Assembly (NCBI GenBank): GCA_000388065.2
Contig: KB932203.1
Length of the DNA: 25,376 nucleotides
DNA from: Fonticula alba ATCC 38817
Lineage: Eukaryota; Protista; Nucleariida
Strand: one strand, 5' to 3'
Shown here: in pieces, positions 1 through 9,418 of the stretch
How positions within the stretch are numbered: the stretch's first letter is position 1
Layout: each line of letters starts with the position of its first letter
The notes under the pieces: generated by a model
Database searches by the model: none
What the model saw: the letters and a program-made list of their open reading frames with translations, nothing else
Told to the model about the DNA's origin: nothing
Translations under genes and position numbers: made by a program

Positions 1-98
1 GTGCGCGGCCAGGAGGTCGAAGGGGGCCGTATGTTAGAGAACGCACGCGAGGGGCCGGATCATTCGGCGCATGTGTGCGTGTGTGTGTGTGTGCGCAC

Positions 99-233
99 CT
101 CCTCGGGCATCTGCATGAAGTCCTCATTCTCGTTCGAGCCGCTGGCGGACCCGATGCTGGCCTCGGGGTCCGACCCGGCGAGAGGGATGGCGCCGCCGAG
201 GGCGGCGCTCGTGAAGGCACGAAACTGCTCCAT
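99..233 (-). CDS. Probable first coding exon of an unidentified gene continuing off the left edge (MEQFRAFTSAALGGAIPLAGSDPEASIGSASGSNENEDFMQMPEE)
   Basis: ATG at 233, 45 open codons, then a genome-typical GTGCGC donor at 98. A (CA)n tract and a CTAAC branch-point-like motif (~35-40) follow. No family recognised. Confidence 0.5.
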
Positions 234-710
234 AGCACCGGAAGGAGGAGAGGGGGGAGAGAAAGAGAGCGGGGAAGAGGCGAGACAAAGAGAAGGCAGG
301 GAGAGGGGGGGGGGAGGGAAAATGAGGAGAAGGCTGGAGAAGCAGCGCGCAAGCGCGCCAGGCCCGTGCATGTGGCGGCTTTTGGATTTATTGAACTGGC
401 AACGCGCGGCGAGCCCGGCCACGGCCGATCAGTCTCGCGGCCGGGGGGTTGTGAGTCCGAAATGGGGCCGATCGACAGCGGCAGCGGCTCCTTGGCGCCC
501 CGCCCCNNNNNNNNNNNNNNNNNNNNNNNNNNNNNNNNNNNNNNNNNNNNNNNNNNCCCCCCCCCCCCCCGGCCCAAACCAAGACTCTTGGGAGGGAGCC
601 GGGGAAGGGAGGGCCTGTGTGTACGTCTGTGCGTGCGGGTATATTCTTGTGCCGCCGCCTCCGATGGGCGAAGACAGGCCGAAGCCTTGGCCCGGGTCAC
701 GTCCGGGGTA

Positions 711-2333
711 TCACATGACGCCCGCGTCGGCTGATGTGTCCGGCAGCCAGAGAGGTTCACGGAAGGCCTCCCGCACGCGGGTGGCTTTCTCCCGGCCGAT
801 GCCCGGGACGGCTTGCAGGTCGGCCACCGATGCGGCGGCCAGCGCCTGGACGGTCTAGCAAGGTGAAGGGAAGGAAGGGGACCCCCGCACCGGCGAGGGT
901 CGAGGCGATGGTGTGTCAGAAGATGCAAGACGCCCCCCGGCCTGCCGGTGGGGGGGAATTTGCCGAGGGGAGCCCCCGAGGGGTGCCAGGGGCAAGAGGA
1001 CAGCCGTCGGGCGGCGGCAGGGCCTGCAAACAGATGCGCCGGGAGGAGGCGGACAAAGGCAGAGGGCGAGAGGGCGGGAAGGGTGCACATACAGGGAAGG
1101 TGCGCCGCAGGCGCTGGGCATCGGTCCGGTTGATGCCGCGCACGGTCAGCAGGAAGCCCACGATGTCTGGCGCGTGGGGGTCGCGCCGGGTGTGGCGCTG
1201 CGCCGGCCCGGTGCCCTCGGCATCCGGGTCGTCGTCAAGGTCATCGTCATCGTCGTCCTGGCCGGCATGGTCCCCGCCGGCCGAGGGTCCCGTCAGATAG
1301 TGCAGCGGCAGGGTCGTCGTGCCGGCCATGGCGAGGGTCGTCCGGCGAGTCGTGACCAGGATGCGGGCCACTTCGTCCGGGGTCTCGGCCAGCAGGATGG
1401 TCAGCCGGTAGTTGACTGCCAGCCGGGTGAGCTCGGTGAGGATGTCCGTGTCATTGGGCTGGCGATGGGCCCCCCACCCCGCGGCATGGAGTGATCACCG
1501 TCAGCTGAAAGCACGAGGGGCGGCCGCGAGGGGCGGCCGCGAGGGGCGGCCTCGAGGAGTGCCAGCAAAGCGGAGGCGAAGGCAGGAGGATGGAGATGGA
1601 GATGGAGGGCATGAGGGGCAGGTACGCACACTATCGCACAAGACCAGCAGCAGGCGCAGGTCGAAGCTGCCGCCGAGGCGCTTGGCCTGTTCGTACACGT
1701 AGGCGGGAAATTGCCGGTGGTAGCTTGTGCTGGGTCGATGCGTGCGTGTGTGTGTGTGTGTAAATGGGTGAACGAGCGGGTCAGCTTCGGAAACCCCCTC
1801 CCCCCCCCCCCCCCCCCGGGAATCAGACAGCACAAGGCGAGGGAGCGAGTCGGGGATGGGCAACGGACCAGAGGAAGATGGCGCATGCCGTGCGCCCAAG
1901 GATAAAGTCCCCACAGGCCAGCGGCAGAAACTCGACTGCCGGTGGTGGGTCAGTGGGAAGATCCTGCGGATCGCGCGTGCGGCGAGTCCCGGCCGCTCGG
2001 CTTGCCAAAACCATCCGGCGCATGCGTTCAAGAGCAATGAGCGCGGGGTTACCCCTCTGCCGGAGGCACAGGGAAATGCGTTTGTTTGGGGGGGGGGGGA
2101 GGGGTGAGGAAGGACGAAAGGAAGAAGGCCCCGACAGCGGACGGTCAGGCATGTGTGGGGGCGTAGGGCACTGTGGCCCGGGGGCCAGGCTGGCGGGTGC
2201 ATACCTGCCGCGGATCAGCAATGATGCTGTCCCCGTCATACGCAACAAGTGGCTCCAATTGTGCCGGGTCCACGGGCGGTGCTTGTGTTGCCGGGCTCCC
2301 CGAGAGGGAGGGCGATGAGGCGGGCGCCGGCAT
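711..2333 (-). CDS. ERCC1: DNA excision repair protein ERCC1/Rad10, ~308 aa; exons 2333-2205, 2056-1869, 1729-1630, 1458-1093, 854-711
   Basis: Spliced product reads DSIIADPRQRGNPAL...DFILGRTACAIFLCTSYHRQFPAYVYEQAKRLGGSFDLRLLLVLCD...LTELTRLAVNYRLTILLAETPDEVARIL...VGFLLTVRGINRTDAQRLRRTFPTVQALAAASVADLQAVPGIGREKATRVREAFREP. This matches the ERCC1 central domain plus the (HhH)2 domain. All introns are GT-AG and phase-compatible. The start codon is less certain. Confidence 0.92.
1515..1553. repeat. 13-bp tandem repeat (GAGGGGCGGCCGC) x3 in ERCC1 intron 3
   Basis: Read directly; the third copy has one mismatch. Confidence 0.9.
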
Positions 2334-2940
2334 CGGGAGAAGTCCACGAGGGCAAGTGGGGATGCGTGCGTGCGTGCGTGCGTGCGTGCGACGGGTCACA
2401 GGCCGAGGGCAGGGAGAGATAGCGGGAGCATGGAGGTGGGAGGGGTGTGCCTTCGAGGTTTTTCAAATGTCCCCGGCGACCTCCCGGCCCAGATCTTGCT
2501 CCGCCAGCCGAAGGCGCTCCTACTGTGGGGGGGAGGGTGCCAGACGGGCGGCTGAGAACGGATCGCGGACAGCAATGAACGGCTCATCGGCGGCCCGGGC
2601 ATCGATCATGGTTCGTTGGGAGTAGAAGCTGTCCAGGCCGCCCCCCCCCCCCCCCCCCCGGTCCGCGTTTCGTACTCACTCTTCCTTTTGGCCTTTTGCT
2701 CGCGCGCGCGTCGCCCTCGCCTATGCACCCGGCCTCCGGAATATGCTCGGATCGACCGACCATCGGGGAGGGAAAGCCGGATGCCGGGCCTTCTTTCGTG
2801 TGTCTTTATTTTTATTTTCACTTTTCATCCGCCGGCCAACAGGCGGGGAGGCATTAGGAGGGGGAGGCCGAGAGCGCCCAGAGGGAGGGAGCCGTGCGCC
2901 GGGGTCGCCCGACCTCTGGCCGCAGGACACCCTCCAGCAC

Positions 2941-3720
2941 TCAAGCAGACTCGCCGGTATCCGGGGAAGATGACTCCACGGAGGCGGCCTGCGCGTCGGG
3001 GACGACGTGCGCCGTGTGGTGGTGCTGCGGGCTGCGGCTGCGCAGAAGCGCCAACGTAAAGCCCGACTGCGGGGACAGCTGGCGGACCATGGTCCTCCTA
3101 CCGGAGTCGCGCGAAGGGAGTGCAGGCGAGGAGGACAGGGCCGGGGTCAGTCAGGAGCCACCATCTCGCGGCCAGTCTCCCAGGGGGAACATACCCAGAG
3201 TCGCTCTCCACGACCAAGGTGACAGGCACCGCCGAGGGAGCGGACGGGGCGCCGGCCCCGGCGGTGCGGTTGAAAATCGCCGCCAGCCGGCGCGAGTGGT
3301 CGATGGCCGCCGAGAAGAAGGGGCTCTGCTCGGGCGCAAGCTTGCCGGCAGCTGCGGGCGAGGGGAATTTCGTGTCAGCCACAGGGAGACCGCACGCGGG
3401 GAGGAGGGGAGTCACCGCGGGGACCGGGGTTCGGCGCAGCAGGGGATGCCAGGCGAGACAGTACCATGGATGCAGAAGCCATCCGGGCCGGACACCAGGA
3501 CACCGTCGTTCCCGGGCTGCGATCTTCGCCCGAGGGAAAGCGCGCGTTTGAGCGGGACAGCAGATAGGGGGAGGCGGCGGGCAGATGGCGGGAGTTAGCC
3601 TCGGGCGTGGGGAGTGAGCCGAGCAGCAGAGGCGGCGGCGGCGGCGGCGGCGGCGGCGACCCGAGCGACGATGCCCACGCACAGGACGGCTGACAGCGCG
3701 TTCGAGACCGGCAGGTCCAT
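2941..3720 (-). CDS. LAMTOR5: Ragulator subunit LAMTOR5/HBXIP-like roadblock protein, ~136 aa; exons 3720-3683, 3523-3465, 3351-3195, 3097-2941
   Basis: Spliced product MDLPVSNALSAVLSQPGNDGVLVSGPDGFCIHAAGKLAPEQSPFFSAAIDHSRRLA...VPVTLVVESDSGRTMVRQLSPQSGFTLALLR. The N-terminal ~55 aa aligns without gaps to remembered LAMTOR5 ([23 protein letters not shown]), and VVCLESDNGNIMI also matches. Total is 411 nt, in frame, with GT-AG introns and CTAAC/CTGAC branch motifs. Confidence 0.75.
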
Positions 3721-3739
3721 CGTGGCGAGAGTCGGGCAA

Positions 3740-3766
3740 GAGCGAGCGAGCGAGCGAGCGAGCGAG
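3740..3766. repeat. (GCGA)n microsatellite just upstream of the LAMTOR5-like start codon
   Basis: agcgagcgagcgagcgagcgagcgag read directly. Confidence 0.9.
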
Positions 3767-5269
3767 AGGGGGCGCGAGCAGGAGGGCCAAAAGGGGGCGA
3801 GGGCGCGAGGGTATGGGAACGGGGGCGAGGGGCGTGCAGACACGGACAGGGGAGAGAGGTGCCGAGGTGCCGACGCCGGTCCGGCCGCCGGCCGGCCGCT
3901 GAAGAGGGGGCGCGGAGCGCTGTTCTGCGGCGTGATCGCACCGCGTGACCGGATGCCAACGCTGGACACAGGGAGCGCGTCCGCCGTTCGGGGGCTCATC
4001 GAGAGGCGTGGCCCGCCCCCGCGGGGTTTTAACCGGGGTTGCGTGGGTGTTCCAACACCCGGGCTGGTTTTCGCCGCGCCACGCCTTCGCGTCGCCCCGG
4101 CCGGGGGTGTGTGGCGTGTGCTGGGGGCGTCCGGTCGGCGCCCAGGGAATATGTTGCAGATGTGCGTCCCAGGGGCGCCGCGGGCGGGTGTTTCTGCCGG
4201 CGCCGACAGCCCCTTCGGGAGCCAGAGATCAGGGAGGGCGGTTGCAGGGTGCGCGGGCGGGCGGGCGGGCGGGCGGGCGGGCGGGAGAGGGGGCCAGAGA
4301 AGAGGAAAGCCCGGAGCGCACGTCCATGGCAAATGAGCCCGGCGCGGGCCGACCCCTGGATGAGAGACGGTGTCGGGGGTACCTGACCCCGGCCCCGGTC
4401 TTGGCCCCGGCCGACGCGGCGCGTCCCCTGCCCCGGCCCCTCGTCCCTGCCCGGCTCGGGGGGATGTGGGTGATCGCGCGCGATCTCGACCCGACGGGGG
4501 CGGGCATCCGCGCGAGAAGGGGCCTCGGATTCCCGACTGGGCAAAGAAGAGCCGGCCGGGATCGACAGGGCCCCTGGGCTGGCGCGCGCACGCGCGCGCG
4601 ATCGCCGGTGGGACGCGAGGCGAGGATTGGCACCCGTCCAGGGGTCCAAGCGCGGCCCCAGGGGAAGGCGATCCCCCTCCCTGCGCCGGTGCCCCTACCC
4701 TCCCGTCGGCGGTGGGCGGCGGTTGGCGGCGGCGGCGGCGGCGGCGGCGGCGGAGGAGGAGGGATGGCGAGGCGCCCCTGCGTGCCGTGCTGGTCCCCGG
4801 CGCCTGCTCCCCTCTCTCCTCGTCCTGGTCTCGACCGCGCGAGTGTGCGTACGGGGGTGTGCAACGGCTGCCCCTTCTTAGGGACGGCCTGCTGCACCAT
4901 GCCACCCCGGGGTGACCGTGCCACAGCCCCATCCCAGCCTCTTGCCCCTCCCCCTTTGTCTGCCTGCCTCGCGCCCTCCCTCCCTCCCTCTCTCTCTCCC
5001 TCCTCCTCTCTCTTTCCCCNNNNNNNNNNNNNNNNNNNNNNNNNNNNNNNNNNNNNNNNNNNNNNNNNNNNNNNNNNNNNNNNNNNNNNNNNNNNNNNNN
5101 NNNNNNNNNNNCCCCGCGCGGCGCCCGCCCCTCTCCATTGCTGCATCGGGTGTCCGCAAGCCCGAGCAGTCGGCCTCGAGTTTGTAGGGCCCGCCTGCGC
5201 ATTTACGCACACGGGCACACCCGCGCCTGCCCCGGCTCCCCTCCCGCCCGAGGCCCGAGCCAACCGACG

Positions 5270-8200
5270 ATGACCGCCGGCAAGGTGTCCGGGACCACAC
5301 GGTCCCGGCGGAGTCTCGCCCCGCCATCCAGCACCGACGAGTTTGAGCTCCTGGTACGACAGCCAGCATGTTGCCGATGACCGTCCTCTTCCCGGCGTCT
5401 GGCGGAGTGTGGGCGCTGACACGACTCCTCCCCCCCCCCCCCCCCCATGTTTGGGTCCCTTCGCCGAGCAGTCGCCCGAGGAGAAGGGCTACTTTTCGAC
5501 CAACGACTTCCTGCTGAATAGTTCGGCCCCGCCGCTGCCCGTGCCGCTGGACTTGGACCTGTATAAGACGGTGCAGTGCCGCGCTCGGCGCCTGCGCCAG
5601 TCGCAATTGTACGGGCGCCGGGCCGGCCGGTCGACGGCCTTCTTCAATTCGGTCTCCTCCTTCCGCAAGGGGGTCCGGCTGTTTTTCTCCTCGTTCATCC
5701 CCTGGACCGACCGCATCAATCGCATTGAGGTCCTTTACGGCGGCGCCTACGCCTCCTTCTTCGTGATGATGCGGTGTGTCTTTTGGCGCCCATGCGCAAG
5801 TTTGCCCTCCCGTCGCCTCGGTTTGCCACTGTCCCTGTTTTGTCGCCTGTCGCCTGGTCTAATTCTCTCCCTCCCTCCCCTCTCTCGCCCCCCCCCCCCT
5901 CTCTGCCCGGCCCTAAGGTGGATTCTGTTCCTATGCTTCCTGAGTTTCGTCATGTCTCTGTGCTTCTTGTTCATCCCGGGCATGTTGGTCTTCGACTTCT
6001 CCTCGAGCCACATCGACTTCTTCCCCTACTTGCCCGATGTTTTTGTGCGTCCTGGCCACCGGCATATGCTGTTCCCCCTCCCCTCCGCCACCTCCCTCGC
6101 TGGCGTGTCCTTACCCCTGGTGCTGTGGGCTCCTTCCCTGCCATGTCCCCTAGGGCGAAGTCACTGCCACTTCCTTCTTCTTCTATGGCGGGTACCCGCC
6201 GAAGTCGGCCTCCACCCTGGGCGGCTACAACTTCCCGCTTGCCTTCTTCCTGTGCGCCATGTGCGCCCTGCTCCTGTCGGCGATCTTCATCTACAACCGG
6301 TGCGCCGCCCGCATCATGGCCAAACGCACACACATATTCCGCCATCCCCCTTTCCATTGCGCAGCCCTCGCCTTCCCTCACCGTCCAGTCTTCGGTCGCT
6401 CCCTCCCTTGCTGTCTCGGTCCCCTGCCTCCCCCCCCCCCCTCCCCTTTGGTTCTCCTCCATCCACATGCATGCACAGCATTCACGCCTTCTGGTCCGCC
6501 TCCAGCAGTATGACGCGCTCATTCAACAGCAATCTTTCCCGGTCGTCCCCCTGCGCGTCGCTGGTCTTCTCCAGCTGGAACCACGCGCTGACGGCCCGGT
6601 CAGCCATCCAGGCCCACCGGCAGGCCATCACCATTACCCTGAAGACGCACATTTCCCGGGCCAACCTCCGGCGGCGGCGTCTCCAGCGCACCACCCGTCA
6701 GCTGCTCTTCCTGTGGGCTCTGCGGTTGCTGCTGAATGTGCTCATTCTGTCGCTTCTGGTGCTGGGCATCGTCCTGATCGCGGTGTTCGCCAGTACCCCG
6801 TCGTTGCATTCGCGCACCCTGCACGTCGGCGACTATGAGGTGGAAATCAAGATCACCGCCTTGCTGATGACCGCCATCAACATCATCTCTCCATTTGTTT
6901 ACGGCTTCCTCGGCGGCCTCGAGAGGTGGTCCAACCCGGCAGTCACATACAAGCTGACGCTCTTCCGGTACATGCACACCTACATGTCCATGCTCGGGCC
7001 TATGCACACATCTTTGTCCACACACGCACACACATGCACACATGGACACACGCACACACACACGCACACATGCACACATGCCCATTGAGCCCCTCAGCCA
7101 TCCGCCCCAGGGCCCTCCCCTTCCTGACCCCCCTCTCCCCACTTCAGGACCTACGTCATGCGCATTTTCAGCCTGCTCTTCCTGGTGGTGGGCTATTTCA
7201 TCTCCGCCTCCCCGGGCAACCCGTGGGACTTTCCCACCGGGGCCGGGGCCGGGGCCGGAGCGCTGCAGTCATTCCTGTCCATTATCGCCAGCAGCGCATC
7301 AGCTTCCAGTGGCAGCACCGTCGAGGATCGCTGCTGGGAAACCTCCCTCGGCATGGAGTTGCACAGTCTCCTGTGGACCTCCTTCCTGACGTCCAGTGTC
7401 TTGACCTTCATCAGCCCCCTCTTCTGCCGGCACTTCCTCGGCTGGCGCCATATCGAGCTTGATGTGGCCAACGATTCGCTCAATCTCATCTACTTCCAAG
7501 CCATCATCTGGTGCGCCGCCTGCCGTGTTCTCTTGCTCCCCTTTCGGCTTTCTTTGCCCCTCTCTTTCCCTTGTCCCCGGCCCCTNNNNNNNNNNNNNNN
7601 NNNNNNNNNNNNNNNNNNNNNNNNNNNNNNNNNNNNNNNNNNNNNNNNNNNNNNNNNNNNNNNNNCCCCCCCCGGTCCCTTTGCCGCCTCCCCACGCACC
7701 TTCGTGCTCTCCCACCGCCCGGGGCCCGCCGCGCGCAGGTTCGGCATGTTTTACTCCCCGATGGTGGCCCTCTTCGGCATGCCCATGGTGGTCATCCTCT
7801 TCTACCTGAAGATCTGGGCCACCCAGTGGCTCCTGTCCCCGCCACGCTATCTGATCTCCATCTACTCCTTCGCGCGGACCTGCCTGCTGGCCATGCTGCT
7901 GACGCTCTTCATCTGCACCGGCACCCTGACGTATGGGTTCCTGGTGCTGAAGCCGGCGTGCGGGCCGCACGCCGGGCTCGAGTCCGCCGCGCACTCGCTG
8001 GTGGACGCCATCTTGCACCTGGCGCAGCCCTGGCGCAGCATCTTCCTCTTCCTTTCGACCCGGGCCTTCCTCCTGTGCCTGCTGGTGCTGATCCTGGCGG
8101 CGCTGGTCTTCTCGGACTTCCGCCGGTCGCAGGCCGCCCGTCGGGCGTCCGAGTCGCGCGGGGATCTGCAGGTGGAGCAGGAAAACAAGCGCTTCCTCAT

Positions 8201-8750
8201 CAATTACTACTTCGGCCGGACGCTCATCCAGCCGTCGGCCGGGTGGGCCAGCTCCAATCGCATGTCCGAATTGCCGGAGCTGGGTGCCCTGCCGGCTGAC
8301 CAGCCCGGCCAGCCGCCCCCCCGGCGGCCGGTCCTGGCCGAGGCGGTCGGCGTGTCGCCCTCCTCCAACCCGCACACCCCGCGCCCGGTGTCGGTGTTCG
8401 AGGCGCCCGGCCCGGGCACCGGCTCCGGCTCCACCATCCCCCCGGCGCCGCCATTGCCCCCGGGCCCGAACATGCCCCCGCGGTCGGGAGCAGCGCCGGG
8501 GCCGGGGTCGTCGCCGCCGCCGCCGCCCTACTCGACCCCGGTGGTTCCGGCCCCTTACAGCCCGCCGCCTCCGCCGGGTCTCTACCCCCCGGCGCCGCCG
8601 GGCCCATACATGCCGGCCCCCGTGCCGTCCTTCCTGCACCGGCATCCGTACTACATGTTCCCGGAGGATGTTCTCCTGCAGGACATGGGCGCCAGCTACT
8701 CCTTCGCCGAGGAGTTCGGTGGTGGCGAGATCAACCGGTGGTACTATTAG
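5270..8750 (+). CDS. TMC: Transmembrane channel-like (TMC family) protein, ~840 aa; exons 5270-5353, 5472-5773, 5918-6044, 6154-6299, 6479-6967, 7148-7510, 7739-8750
   Basis: Family motifs present: PWTDRINRIEVLYGGAYASFFVMMRW, FFYGGY...YNFPLAF, VFSSWNH, LERWSNP..YKLTLFRTY, the signature CWETSLGMELHSL, and LDVANDSLNLIYFQAIIWFGMFYSP (TMC domain). About 10 hydrophobic segments. Spliced length 2523 nt is in frame. The first exon is less certain. Confidence 0.9.
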
Positions 8751-9418
8751 CACCACGCGCGTGCTCCTCCCCCGTCGGCTGGCCGGCCGTATCGCGGTGT
8801 GCTCCCCTGCTGTGTCCCTCCCCGCGCGGCAGGCGTGCGTGTGTACGCGTGCGTATGTGTGTGTGTGTGTGTGTGCGCGCGCGCGCGATCGCGCACGCAT
8901 GCACTTCCTTTGCCCTTGTGGAGACCTCGTCTCAATACATCTACCAACGAAGACACATCGCCGAGACTTCGGGTCACATGCTCGGCCTCATGCCGCCAGC
9001 CGCGCCGAGCGTTGGCACTTTGACGAGGCTTCGCCCTGCATGCTTCCCAGCCGGAGGGCGTTCGGGGGGGGGGGGGGGGCCCCCGGGGGCCGCGGGGCGC
9101 CCGGGCGCGCACGCATTGCCTGGCACCAGGGGCGAGGGGGTCGGGAGATGCGCGCCGGTCGGGGAAAGCTCGGTGGTCCCCGGCGACGGGGGGACACCAT
9201 TGACGCCATCATTTCTTTTGGGCCGCGTCCGCGCGGACCACCCGCCCCGCCAGGGCCCCGGCAGCTCCCTCTCCGCTCTCTCTCTCTCCCTCTCTCTCCC
9301 CCTCCCCTCTTCCTTCCGGTCTTCTCCATCCGTCTTTGCCTCGCCCCGCCTCTGGCTCCCGTCTTCCTTTTCCCCTGCTGTCCTCCCCCGCATCTCCCTT
9401 CCCTCCCTCCCTCCCATA

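Noticed and set aside
2520-2612. Short minus-strand ORF MIDARAADEPFIAVRDPFSAAR as an upstream ERCC1 exon
   Set aside because: It has no convincing donor, and there is no AG acceptor just upstream of the ERCC1 ATG at 2333.
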